A DNA stretch of 64,000 bases from Macrostomum lignano (GCA_002269645.1 NIVC01000042.1:434001-498000); one strand, 5' to 3'. Numbered from the stretch's first letter, positions 48,704-61,400 are shown. Notes: generated by a model not told the origin, from the letters alone. Made by a program: numbers and translations.

Positions 48704-49689
48704 CTAACCCTAACCCTAACCCTAACCCTAAAGCATTGAAATTTCAGTAATTCTCTCTAAGAGTCTATAGCACTACTACAGCATTATAGCGATTCCCTGC
48801 AAGCCTCGACATCGTAGGGATTCCCAAATGAATCTCTTAACTTTGACATGAAGCTTCTTTTTTTTTTACATTACGCTTTTTCTATCAGCGATCCCTCCCG
48901 TGAGGAGCCAACAAATAATGTAATAACTTTTTTCCAATAAACTACATGTAGCTTCTGACATTAGCCTTGACATCTCATTTATTCCCCCGTGAGCCTTGAC
49001 ATCTCAGCTATAGATAGATAGATAGATTCCCCTCGTAAGCCTTGACATGTCAGCGATGCCCCCCATAAACCTTGAAATCTAAAAAATCCCCTGTTAACCT
49101 TGAAACGCGCTAAAATCTAACCCTCAACCCAAACCTGACGTAAACCTAACTTTCACCCAACCTAAAGCCTTGAAATCACAGCAATTCTTCTTCCCTAAGC
49201 CTTGGCATTTAAGTGATTCCTTCTTTAAGAATCACAGCACTATAACGATTCCCTCCAAGCTTTGACATCGTAGCAATTCCCAAATGAATCTTTTAACTTT
49301 GACATGACTTTTATTTTATGTATACATAGTGCTCCTTTTATTTTTACATGACTCTTCTTCTATCAGCGCCCCCCCCACCGTGGCAAGCCAACAAAGAATG
49401 CAATAAAAAACTTAAGTAAAGTACATGTACTTTGAAGTAGCTTCTGACTTTTGCTTTAACATCTCAGAAACCCCCCTGTAATCTCAGTTATTCTCTGTGA
49501 GCCTTGACGTCTCAGTAATTCTCCCCAGCACAGCACTGTACTATAGCTTCATTTAATTTTTATATGACATTTCTTTCATGTCTGACATGACGCTTCTTTT
49601 GATTTTTACGTTACGCTTCTTTCATTCTTCCATGATGCTTCTTAATTTTTTAAATGACACACTTTCATTAGTTTTTATATGAGGCTTCT

Positions 49690-50530
49690 ATAATTTTTTC
49701 ATGACGCTTCTATGCTTGTTTACATGACGCTTGTATGATTTTTACATGACGCTTCTATGATTTTTTACATGACGCTTCTATGATTTTTACATGACGCTTC
49801 TATGATTTTTACATGACGCTTCTATGATTTTTACATGACGCTTCTATGATTTTTACATGACGCTTCTATGATTGTTTACATGACGCTTCTATGATTGTAT
49901 ACATGACGCTTCTATGATTGTTTACATGACGCTTCTATGATTGTATACATGACGCTTCTATAATTGTTTACATGACGCTTTTATGATTGTTTACATGACG
50001 CTTCTATGATTTTTACATGACGCTTCTATGATTTTTACATGACGCTTCTATGATTGTTTACATGACGCTTCTATGATTGTTTACATGACGCTTCTATGAT
50101 TTTTACATGACGCTTCTATGATTTTTTTACATGACGCTTCTATGATTGTTTACATGACGCTTGTATGATTGTTTACATGACGCTTGTATGATTTTAACAT
50201 GACGCTTCTATGATTGTTTACATTACGCTTCTATGATTGCTTGCATGACGCTTCTATGATTTTTTATGACGCTTTTATGATTTTAACATGACGCTTCTAT
50301 GATTTTTTTACATGACGCTTCTATGATTGTTTACATGACGCTTGTATGATTGTTTACATGACGCTTTTATGATTTTAACATGACGCTTCTATGATTGTTT
50401 ACATTACGCTTCTATGATTTTTACATGACGCTTCTATGATTGTTTACATGACGCTTCTATGATTGTTTACATGACGCTTCTATGATTGTTTACATGACGC
50501 TTGTATGATTGTTTACATGACGCTTCCATA
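49690..50530. repeat. 22-23-bp ATGACGCTTCTATG minisatellite inside Helitron unit 2
   Basis: Same monomer family as 45430-46675. Confidence 0.95.
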
Positions 50531-51278
50531 ATTTTTTTTGTCTTGGCGTTAAAAGGCTTTAATTAAAAAAACTCTACTCTCTAAAAATTCGAACCATCGT
50601 CCCTGCATTTAGCAGTTTAGTCTGTTTACCTCTAGGCTAGCTCTCATGAATTTTAGTCATTACCCCTAAATAGAAAATATTCCCAAGACAGCAAGCATCC
50701 CCCAGTAGCAAGCATCCCCTAATACTCCTAGCAAGCATCCACCCAGATAGCAAGCATCTGCAGATAGCAAGCATCTTGCAGATAGCAAGCATCTTGCAGA
50801 TAGCAAGCATACCCCAAATAATGTAGAAGCAACCTTCCAGATAGCAAGCATCCTGCACATAGCAAGAATCCCTAAATAGCAAGCATCCCTGGATAGAAAT
50901 AATCCTATACATGTAGCCAAGCTTATCAAGCGCAGTAATCCTTGGCTATCGAGTGCAGTAATCCTTGGTTTATTAATAGCAATAATCCATGGCTTATCGA
51001 GTGCAGTAATCCTTGGTTTGCCAAGAGCAATAGTCCTTGGTTTTTTGAGTGCAGTAATCCTTGGTTTATTAATAGCAATAGTCCTTGGTTTATTGAGTGC
51101 AGTAATGCTTGGTTTATTAATAGCAATAATCCTTGGCTTATCGATTGCAGTAATCCTTGGTTTGCCAAGTGCATAATCCTTGGTTTATTAATAGCAATAA
51201 TCCTTGGTTTATCGAGTGCAGTAATCCTTAGTTTATTAATAGCAATAATCCTTGGCTTATCGAGTGCAGTAATCCTTG

Positions 51279-54121
51279 TGTCGGATTTCCATCCTCCAAA
51301 TATTTGTACTTTCTATTACCTTGTACTTTTCAGTTAACCGTCTCCCTTTGTCTACCATGCCTTTCCCACAGACTATCGTAACCGTTCATTTACCACAGAC
51401 AATTCGGCTGGCCTGTCATTATTGTTAGTATAAATACAACTTCAACCCGCGGCTTAGGCCCTTCACTTCTTCTCTCCCCTCTCTTCCTTTCTGCACCACT
51501 TAAATCTCGTTCTATTAGTTTATTGTCTATTCGACAATTTTGGTAGCAGAGCGTGGTTATCATGGTCATTACACGATCGACAACGGACCAATCTGGCGAC
51601 CAGACCCAGCAGTCGGAGAATAACCACCTCTCAGCCTCTGCTGAAGCGACCACTGCCGCGGAGCAGCCACCCGCCGAAAGCAGCGACCCGCCGCCAGCCG
51701 CTTCATCCGCCACGACATCCGCTCCTCCCGCTGCTCCGTCCTCAGCTCCGATCCCTGCAACAGCTCCCACTGCCTCCGTCGACGTAAACGCCCTCATCGC
51801 CTCAATGACTGCGATGATGCAGCAGAACCAGCAGCTCATTCAACAGCTCGCCGCCACCGTCCGTCCAGCCTCAACACCAACTGCCTCAACGCCCGCATCA
51901 GATGCTCACGATCCGGCCGGGCTCATCCGCTCCACCATTCACAAGAACGTACATCTCCCGACCTTCGACGGTACGGACCCTGCTGCATTTCCGGGCTTCT
52001 GGGACGCCTTCGTCTACCGCGTTGACCGCTCCAGCCTCAACGACGTCGACAAATTCGAGGCGCTTCGCGGTCTGCTCTCCGGCTCCGCTCTCAAGAAGCT
52101 CGGCGCCCTCAATGCCTACCAACCCAACGCCTACGCCGAGGCCTGCCGTGTCCTCCAGGCCAACTACGCCGACACACAAGAGCAAAAGAACGCCTCCTTC
52201 CAGCGTCTCCTCGCCCTTCACTGCAACTCTGCCTCCGACATAGACGAGCTCGAGACCTACACCGACGCCCTCCGACTCGCTACCGGCCAGCTCCTCCGCC
52301 TTGGCGAGCCCGCCAGCACCATCGACGGCTACGTCTACGCCCTGTGGAGCCGCCTCCCGATCGAGCTGCAGAGCGAGATCCGCAACCTTCGTGCTGCCAA
52401 CGGGCAGCCTCTCATGCCAACTATGACACAGCTCCAGGGCCACCTCGATTACAAGCTGAAGACGCTCAGAGCCGCTTCCACTACCCCGCTGGCTGTGCCC
52501 TTCGCTTCCGCCATCTTTCTGGGCAACGCCAGTTCCCAGCCGCCACAAGCCCGCAGCACCGGCAATCGCTTATCGTCGGACGCCTATCGACCTGACCCCG
52601 CTCCTTGCGCCGACATTAAATCTCGCCCAGCCGCGAAGTTAAGTTCCACTGCCAGCCAAGAGCCCAAGAGTTCTTGTCCCTGCAGCGACGCCAGTCAGCC
52701 TATCAGCCCTAACGTACCCGCCCAAGCGCTTCGACCGACTCTCACAGCCTGCCCGACACCCTTCGGGGCCATCCTCGACGGCTCCCTCGATACCACAGCC
52801 TCTCGTCTCAACGGCTTCCTCAGCTCCTCGCAAGTGGTCATTGCGAACACTTTCCCTAACAACGATGGGCTCCACCTCGACCGACTTCTGGACAGCATGT
52901 CCAACCTCGAAGCTCTCGGCACGGCAAAGGATGCTGAAAGGCCCGACGCCAGGAACGACAGATCCCAGGAACGCCTGCCCGACTCCATCATGCGCGATAC
53001 CGACGGTCGAATCTCCGTCGACCTGCCATTCGAACCTGGAGCCGAGCTCCTACCTTCCAACTTTGGCCAGGCCTTCGGTAGTGCTCAAGCCACCCACCGC
53101 CGCCTCAGCCTTCCCGAGCGCGAGGCCTACTACGCCGAGTTCGAGAAGCGCAAGCAAGAAGGTGTCCTGGAACGAGTCAGCCCTGGCCAGGCAGCTGGCC
53201 CAGTTATCCAGATTCTGCCGCACTTCCCAGTCATCAAGGAGAACTCCAACATGACAAAGATCCGCCCCGTCGTCGACGCTTCTGCCAAGACCTCGCTCGC
53301 TGGCGCTACACTCAACGACCTCCTAGAGCCTGGGCCCAACCTGCTGACCTCAATGCTTCAAGTCCTTCTAGTTCACCGCGCTCACCGGTTCAGCATCTCA
53401 TCTGACCTCAAGGCCGCCTTCTACCAGATAGGTGTTCACGAGCCTCTCCGCGACGCCCTCCGCATCATCCTTCCAAAGGATATCACCAAGCCGCTAGTAC
53501 AAGGCAACTTCGAGCTCTGGCGCTTCACTCGTATCGTCATGGGCGCCTCTCCCAGCCCGTGGATTCTCCTGGCGGTCCTCCACAAGATCTGCTTGGACGC
53601 AATTAACTCTGGAGATTCCGACCTCACCCGACCCGAGCTCGAGCGCATCATCGGCGGCCTCTACGTCGACAACCTTGTCATCGGCGCTGACACCAAGGAA
53701 GATGATGCCCGTCCCGTCTGCCGGCTCGGCTTCCGGCCCGGCATTGTTACAACCTGACTAAACATTTGACAGCCTTCACGAACTAAACTCGCCATTTAAT
53801 CATTCTACTGTTTTTGCCGTTCAAAATCGACTCTATCCATCGTTACCTGTTGGCCCCCGAGCCTGTCGGATTTCCATCCTCCAAATATTTGTACTTTCTA
53901 TTACCTTGTACTTTTCAGTTAACCGTCTCCCTTTGTCTACCATGCCTTTCCCACAGACTATCGTAACCGTTCATTTACCACAGACAATTCGGCTGGCCTG
54001 TCATTATTGTTAGTATAAATACAACTTCAACCCGCGGCTTAGGCCCTTCACTTCTTCTCTCCCCTCTCTTCCTTTCTGCACCACTTAAATCTCGTTCTAT
54101 TAGTTTATTGTCTATTCGACA
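51279..54121 (+). mobile_element. Internally deleted BEL/Pao LTR retrotransposon (2843 bp)
   Basis: Two 258-bp LTRs (51279-51536, 53864-54121), TGTCG...CGACA, with no difference found by eye. TSD CCTTG. PBS TGGTAGCAGAGCGTGGTT (51541-51558) matches a tRNAiMet-type 3' end. GGCCCCCGAGCC precedes the 3' LTR. Confidence 0.93.
51553..53757 (+). CDS. BEL/Pao Gag (DUF1759-like) fused to partial RT; no zinc knuckles, protease active site, RNase H or integrase core (likely start is the ATG at 51562)
   Basis: Gag LPTFDG...FWDAF...DKFEALRGLL; RT LPHFPVIKE...KIRPVVDASAK...LNDLLEPGPNL...SDLKAAFYQI...MGASPSP...LYVDN. The ORF ends RPVCRL..., resembling the Pao integrase C-terminal RP..L motif. Confidence 0.85.
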   Translation: MVIMVITRSTTDQSGDQTQQSENNHLSASAEATTAAEQPPAESSDPPPAASSATTSAPPAAPSSAPIPATAPTASVDVNALIASMTAMMQQNQQLIQQLAATVRPASTPTASTPASDAHDPAGLIRSTIHKNVHLPTFDGTDPAAFPGFWDAFVYRVDRSSLNDVDKFEALRGLLSGSALKKLGALNAYQPNAYAEACRVLQANYADTQEQKNASFQRLLALHCNSASDIDELETYTDALRLATGQLLRLGEPASTIDGYVYALWSRLPIELQSEIRNLRAANGQPLMPTMTQLQGHLDYKLKTLRAASTTPLAVPFASAIFLGNASSQPPQARSTGNRLSSDAYRPDPAPCADIKSRPAAKLSSTASQEPKSSCPCSDASQPISPNVPAQALRPTLTACPTPFGAILDGSLDTTASRLNGFLSSSQVVIANTFPNNDGLHLDRLLDSMSNLEALGTAKDAERPDARNDRSQERLPDSIMRDTDGRISVDLPFEPGAELLPSNFGQAFGSAQATHRRLSLPEREAYYAEFEKRKQEGVLERVSPGQAAGPVIQILPHFPVIKENSNMTKIRPVVDASAKTSLAGATLNDLLEPGPNLLTSMLQVLLVHRAHRFSISSDLKAAFYQIGVHEPLRDALRIILPKDITKPLVQGNFELWRFTRIVMGASPSPWILLAVLHKICLDAINSGDSDLTRPELERIIGGLYVDNLVIGADTKEDDARPVCRLGFRPGIVTT

Positions 54122-54387
54122 CCTTGGTTTATTAATAGCAATAATCCTTGGCTTATCGAGTGCAGTAATCCTTGGTTTATTAATAGCAATAATCCATGGC
54201 TTATCGAGTGCAGTAATCCTTGGTTTGCCAAGAGCAATAATCCTTGGCTTATCGAGTGCAGTATTCCTTGGTTTGCCAAGAGCAATAATCCTTAGCTTAT
54301 CGAGTGCAGTAATCTAAGTGTTTTTATTTAGTCCTTTAATAAAAGCTTTTAATAAAAAATTTTACACTACTACTTTTAAACTACTTA

Positions 54388-54449
54388 GATTCGAACCCAG
54401 GTCGCTGCATTAGCAGTCTGGTCTGCTCAGCTCTAGGCTAGCTCTCATC
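54388..54449 (-). other. tRNA-like (Ser-GCT-like anticodon loop, B box) remnant inside the Helitron unit; degenerate copies at ~46745-46810 and ~50587-50645
   Basis: Minus strand GATGAGAGCTAGCCTAGAGCTGAGCAGACCAGACTGCTAATGCAGCGACCTGGGTTCGAATC: A-box-like, GACTGCTAAT loop, GGTTCGAATC B box. The acceptor stem is not intact. Confidence 0.45.
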
Positions 54450-56944
54450 GAAGTTATCAGTGAATTTGTACCACTTATATAATTCAACACTCACACCAAG
54501 TCAGGTAGAGTAAAAAGTCACGCGAAGCAGTTATGACATAATCAATTTCTTAGGCAAGTCAGTACCAGTGTCTATGAAAGTTAACAATATGGTTACGTAA
54601 TATAAATTCAGTACTGCACTATACTTTCACCCTCAAAGCTGTGACGCAATTCAATTGAGTGTCAAATTCAGCCAGTACACAGACGATAAATAAAGTGTAT
54701 TGTGATGCAATCTATTTCAGAATCAGAATTCAACCAGTCAGATTTTTCTCTAACATTCTTACAATGCATTTCAGGTCGAAAGAGCTGCTTGACCTTTGCA
54801 AAAAATCATGTTTTTCGAATATTTAATCCCTTTAACATTGAGCAATTTCTTAGCCAATATGCATGTACCGTCCCGGGAAAATTTCTGATCGAATGGTGCA
54901 AGTTTGAAGAAAATCGGTTGAGCCGTTCGGGAGAAAATCAATTACAAGCAAGCAACCAAGCATTTCATTTTTAGTATATTAGACTAGCTAAAGTTTTGCC
55001 CCCCTTCGGGGAGCAGAAATAATTAATATTCGTCTAATATAATATACCTTTTAGCAGGAGTACTTTAAGTGTCTTTCTTAAGCTTAAGCTTAAAATAGGA
55101 ATTTTTGGAGATCGTTAATAACGCATTTTAGGTAAAACAAAACTATCAACTTTTTACAGTTTTTTAGTTTAGAGCCCTGTATATGTCAACGTGTTTGATA
55201 AAAATTATTTTATTTATTTAGTTTATAAAACTGTTGAGATCACTTTTTTAGTTGTTACTGAAAATAAATTAAATAATATTCCAAGAAATTGCGACTTTCC
55301 GAGAAATGACTTGCTTTATTCCGATTTTCTTGTTGCTTGTATTGCTCATGTGTACTACAGTTTTATACACATCCCGAGAAATTTTTTACTTTCTTCATTT
55401 GTAAGTGAATTTCTTAGCCCTGCTCATCGTACTAACTGCGACTGCAATGTTCCGAACAATAAGTAGCTCAGCATTGCAACTATTGCCCTTGAATGAGGCC
55501 CCTCTTATTATAATAAATGACTTAAAGAGTCAGTTCAATGCAGCTATCTCATTGTGAATGGACTTTGCAAAAGCAACTGGAGCTACATCCTTCGACCTTT
55601 GGTTTGACACTTTTAATAAAGCTAACATTGGCTATATATAGGCATGATATATGATATATATTATCATGCTAAATTCCCCCTTTCTTTTCTAGTCACACTC
55701 CTCAGCAGACTTCTCTTTTCTTATATGCCTCATTCACATTGTCAAATCTTATTTTGAATCAAATCCTATATGACATAAAAGTCTATTTCAAATTAGATCC
55801 ATTTTGATAGTTCAAAATGGTTAGCTCATATCAATGGCTAATTAAATATCAATGGATCAATTTCTAATCTCCTTTCTTTTTCTTAATGATTCCAGTTCTG
55901 ATCAGATCCTATTTCTCATCTGACCTCTTTTCTTAGTAATCCATTTTGTATCATTCTTCATTATAAATGCATGCCTGACAATTTATCTTTTAAAATAGAA
56001 TAAGGCAGGTACCAGGTGTGCAGATTCATGAATCATGGGACTGGTCTTTGTCCACTGAAACATTTTTTGTATTTCTTCAATTGCAAAACACATTGAAAAC
56101 AACAAAACAACAACAATTGAGTGAGCATCTGGCAAAATTATTATTATACAAATACATATCATTATGACATTATAAGAAAACAAACTCCAAATGTAGAGAA
56201 TTCAGCGATTTTCCTCTTTTGTTTGTTAAATTATTTTTTCGACAGAAACAAGTTGTGACTACTGAGTAATGTCAGAAAACGACAGTAATGGGACAGTAAT
56301 GGGATTCAGTTCAATGAAAAAAGAAAAAATTGCATTGCACCTAAAAATATTACCCACAAACAGTAAACATGATGCACTTGCAGAAGGCTCCGCCAACAAG
56401 ACAGTATCATTGCACAGTTCATTGCATTTGACTGCAAGAATAATGGTGTCAATCCTACTGCTTGTTGGCTTGCTTTACTCTGCACTGCTGGTCAGAGGCA
56501 TTCACTGGGGCAAGTTAAGTTCACGCACTCAACGTCACACAAAAAGCTTAGCTATCACAAGTCTCTAGGTTTGCTGAAGCTGCTTCAAACCTCTCTCTCA
56601 TGGCTGCATACCCTCAGTTTTAGAGTGGAAGAACCTCTGAATCGTGAAAAAGCAGCGAACACGTTATTTCAACCACAATCTCAAGGCCCATTGATATGCA
56701 GCCAACCTGCTATATATTCACCTAATATTTACCTACATTAATTTCACTATTACTTATTAACTTTCATGGCACAACTAAATTGGGATCCGATTGTATCCGA
56801 TCCTATTCTGGTTTGCCTTGATCCCAATTTAGTATGCAAGGATCCCAACTTAGTTATGCCAAATGATCCCAATTACGCTAAGCAATGATCTTAGTTCTGT
56901 TATGCAATGAACCCAATTAGGCTAAGCAATGATCTAGGATTGAT

Positions 56945-58185
56945 ATATAAGATTCTGTGAATTTAGGATTGGGATCTAAGAGATTCTATGAATTTAGGAT
57001 TGGGATCTAAGAGATTCTATGAATTTAGGATTGGGATTTAAGAGATTCTATGAATTTAGGATTGGAATCTAATAGATTCTGTGAATTTAGCATTGGGATC
57101 TAAGAGATTCTGTGAATTTAGGATTGGGATCTAAGAGATTCTATGAATTTAGGATTGGGATCTAAGAGATTCTAAGAATTTAGGATTGGGATATAAGAGA
57201 TTCTATGAATTTAGGATTGGGATCTAAGAGATTCTCTGAATTTAGCATTGGGATCTAAGAGATTCTGTGAATTTAGGATTGGGATCTAAGAGATTCTAAG
57301 AATTTAGCATTGGGATCTAAGAGATTCTATGAATTTAGGATTGGGATCTAAGAGATTCTGTGAATTTAGGATTGTGATCTAAGAGATCCCATGAATTTAG
57401 GATTGGGATCTAAGAGATTCTATGAATTTAGGATTGGGATCTAAGAGATCCCATGAATTTAGGATTGGGATCTAAGAGACTCTGTGAATTTAGGATTGGG
57501 ATCTAAGAGATTCTATGAATTTAGGATTGGGATCTAAGAGATTCAATGAGATTAGGATTGGGATCTAAGAGATTCAATGAATTTAGGATTGGGATATAAG
57601 AGATTCTGTGAATTTAGGATTGGGATCTAAGAGATTCTGTGAATTTAGGATTGGGATCTAAGAGATTCTGTGAATTTAGATTGGGATCTAAGAGATTCAA
57701 TGAATTTAGGATTGGGATCTAAGAGATTCTATGAGATTAGGATTGGGATCTAAGAGATTCTATGAGATTAGGATTGGGATCTAAGAGATTCTATGAATTT
57801 AGGATTGGGATATAAGAGATTCTATGAATTTAGGATTGGGATCTAAGAGATTCTGTGAATTTAGGATTGGGATCTAAGAGATTCTATGAATTTAGGATTG
57901 GGATCTAAGAGATTCTGTGAATTTAGGATTGGGATCTAAGAGATTCTGTGAATTTAGGATTGGGATATAAGAGATTCTATGAATTTAGGATTGGGATCTA
58001 AGAGATTCTGTGAATTTAGGATTGGGATTCAAGAGATTCTATGAATTTAGGATTGGAATCTAAGAGATTCTGTGAATTTAGCATTGGGATCTAAGAGATT
58101 CTGTGAATTTAGGATTGGGATCTAAGAGATTCTATGAATTTAGCATTGGGATCTAAGAGATTCTATGAATTTAGGATTGGGATCT
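56945..58185. repeat. 31-bp minisatellite (GAATTTAGGATTGGGATCTAAGAGATTCTAT)n downstream of RepHel
   Basis: Period 31 (AGATTCTGTG at 57601 and 57632); about 40 copies. Confidence 0.95.
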
Positions 58186-58445
58186 GTTATGCTCAGTTCT
58201 GTTATGCAATGAACCCAATTTAGCTAATCATTTTGCCTAGGTAATCCCTGATCTCAATTCCATTATGATCCCATCTAATTTGAATTTATTAGGTGAATAA
58301 AGCAGGATTTGCCTGATATGTCTCAGCGGGCCATTTACATATCAGGATAAACTACTTGTGATCACTATTAAACACAGATACCAATGCGACAGTCACAGAC
58401 AAAATGACACAAGTAATACTCACTTCAATGACGCCTGGAAATCGC

Positions 58446-61400
58446 CTAATCTCCAGTGAGCACTTCTGGATACACCACGTTTCTGGTCTTGGTGCCACAG
58501 ATCCGGACGCGAACATTCGCGGCGTTCTTCGCCCGTGACAGCGCCGTGTACAGCTGACCATGAGTGAAGCAACCGACAGCCAGGTCAACACCAACGGTCT
58601 CCAGGGATTGTCCTTGTGCTTTGTGTATTGTAAGGCAGAAGCTCGGCTTCACCGGAAACTGCAGCCGCTTGAAACTCACTGGTAGATCCGCATTGTTTGG
58701 AATCAGCGGAATTCGCGGCAGCAGGATCTCGTCTCCAGTGAACTGACCGGCGGCAATCTTGCAGCGCAGCACATTATCGCCCATCGTGAGAACGATGAGC
58801 CGTGTACCGTTGCACAGCCGCGGCGGGTTGATATTCCGAAGAAGCACCAGCGGCATGCCCACCTTGATCCTGAGCAGATAAGTTGGAAAATTCGGGGCAT
58901 CCAGCTGGTTTAGCAACTCCGTCGGGAAATGCGTAGCGGCCTCCTCATCAGCCAGGCTGTCTACAGAGCGATACTCTCGCAGGCAACCCGGGAAAATGCC
59001 CAGACACGTCTCGTTGATGGCATCAACAGAGTCGTTGTACGGCGCCAGTATCGCTCGACTTGCAAAATAGTCGTCCCGCTCCGCTGATTCTTCAAACGAC
59101 GGGTACACGAACTTGATCAGGTCATTCAGCGGAGCCTCTGCAGAAATCACCATCTCAGCGGGAAGGGACACCTTCTCCTCAGCATCCTGCTCGATTGTCC
59201 CGGTTCCGATCTGTGAAAAGAAAAGCAATAAAAACATGAAACAATATTCGCAATGATTCGCGAGAAAAAATGATTTTTACACCCCATTCTCACCTGCATG
59301 AGTAGCTCCGTGAACTTCTGGTACATCGCTGGCTCGGAGCTGCACAGCAGACGAATGTTTCTCGTCAAGCGATGTCGCTTGAAAAGTTTCCACAGCGAAG
59401 ATCTGCAGACACACGCCATGACGCTGTTGGCGCGGGTTCCATTCACTACGACAGGCAGGAGCTGGCGGAAGTCACCGGAACACACCAGAGTGACTCCTCC
59501 AAATGGCTTGTCCTGCTTCCGAACGTCTCGCAGACACCTGTCCACGGATTCCAGATCCTTTCGATTGGTCATGGAGATCTCGTCCCAGACAATCAGCCGA
59601 ACTCTACGAAACACTTCCGCTTGCTTGGACTGCGCGCCAACAGCGCAGACATCCTTGTTGGATCGGAGCAGCCGGACTGGGATCTTGAACCTAGAGTGAA
59701 GTTGTCATAGGTAGAATCGATTAGAAACGCGACTCTAAAATTCAGAAGCATTCCCCTAATCTAAAAAACTTACGTGGAATGCGCAGTCTGTCCGCCTGGC
59801 AGCAGAGTCGCTGCGATTCCAGACGCCGCAACTGCCAGGGCGAGTTCACCGCGGCTGCGCACAAAGGCCAGCAAAACCTCCAGCAGGAAGGTCTTGCCAG
59901 TGCCAGCGGGCGCGTCCAGGAAGTGCAAACCGCCCGAGCCGGCCACAAGATCCGCAGTCACCGACTCGTACACCGCAATCTGCTCCTCCGTCAGCATTGA
60001 CAGTCTCGCTTCCCGGATCTCGGCCTGTTCAACCGGGTCGAACTGCATCGGTCCGACTTGAGGCGGCACGGAGGCCACAGGCAAGCCGTACTCGGGCAGG
60101 CTGTGACCGCCCATGGAGGTCAGCATGCTCTGCAGCTCGCGCAGCGCCAGGTCGGTGATTTCCTCAGCGCTCAGATCTCGGTGGTGAAACCGCAGGTCCT
60201 CGCACAGATCCTCGGCGAATGTGCACCACAGATCGCTGCCATCCTCAGGGTTGCCCCAAATCAGAATGACAGCCAGCAGGTGCCTGAGAGCTCTCGGCAT
60301 TCGCGACTGGACTGCCTCGGCTAGGCAGCGCCGCCAGTGGTCGTCTCGTTGCAGCAGACCCAGGGCCGTGCAAGCAGCCTTGGCGCTGGGACACAGCACT
60401 CCGTCCACAGTGTGCAGCGCCTCGAAGCTGGTTGGCCCTCTAACCTGCAGGAGGAGCATTCGCATATAAAACAGATCCCCTGCTCTCGGACTCACCGTGT
60501 ACATTCGGGCAATGTTCGTGTTGTGCACAACACCAGGGTGGCCCTCAACTCTCGAACCCTTCTTGGCGCGGCGCCACTCCCTCTCGCTGTGGTGCCACAC
60601 GAAGTAGGACGGCACCTCGGTGTACACCAGGCCTCTAGCGAATTCATCAGTGCGGCACAGCTTGAAGAAAGCCGTCAGCGTCGAATCTCTGGGCGCCCTG
60701 GCCTTTGTGCTCGCATTTTGCTCGTTGAAATACACGAGCTGCTCGTTAGACTTGTGCACGCACAATCGGATCACAGCCGGAAATCTGTTGTGCACCTGTT
60801 GTGTTTTAGTTTAAAAACCATATCATTATTTTCCCATTCTTTGCTCCTAGCACTGCCTTGCAAACATCTATGACTTACTTCAAAGCCCAAGATGGTATTC
60901 ACGGCTTCCATTGGGCCTATGTAGCGCGCCAGCAGATACTCCTTGATCTCATTTCGCCCCTCCTTCTTGGCTTGAGTCGGAGCCTTGCTAGCTGAACCTT
61001 CCTGTCGTTCGCCATCCGCAGCCTGCTCTCCTGGCCCGCTCGGCTTCTTGTTTGCCTCGAACTTGAACGACGCCATGTCGCCGCCTTTTAGCAAGTACTT
61101 GATCACGTACTTGACCGACTTGACGGTGGCACAAACTTCAAAGTTCATGTGGCATTCGAAAAGGAGCAGCAGGCCCGGGTTGTATGGTACAACCGACCTG
61201 TATTTGTGCCAGGAAAAGAATTGCTAATTAATGATTTATGTATTCTAGCAATGGTAAATTAAACTTACAGTAAATAAACAATTTAGCAATATAAATAAAC
61301 TAAACACAAGGCTAAACTAAGTACTTTGCTTTCGTATTAAAGAATCAACCTTTCAATCAAGTCTGAAAAAACACCAACACCTCCTCACTCACCTGTTGTC

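Larger units (their letters stand above)
50935..54315. repeat. AATCCTTGG-based minisatellite (~21-bp subunits) split by the BEL/Pao element (50935-51278 and 54122-54315)
   Basis: AGCAATAATCCTTGG and GAGTGCAGTAATCCTTGG subunits lie on both sides of the insertion. Confidence 0.85.
47286..54983 (-). mobile_element. Non-autonomous Helitron, unit 2 (7.7 kb including nested LTR insertions)
   Basis: 5' end TCTAATATACTAAAA at 54983. 3' hairpin TGCTCCCC-GAA-GGGGGGCA and CTAG at 47286-47289. Shared blocks with unit 1: ~44490-45430 / ~48705-49690, and ~46960-47285 / ~54690-54983. Confidence 0.72.

Noticed and set aside
46984-55466. Duplicated short ORFs MMQSISESEFNQS... (46984, 54702) and MSTCLIK / MFDKN... 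(47484, 55191)
   Set aside because: They fall in the duplicated Helitron terminal regions, diverge with indels and have no recognisable domain.
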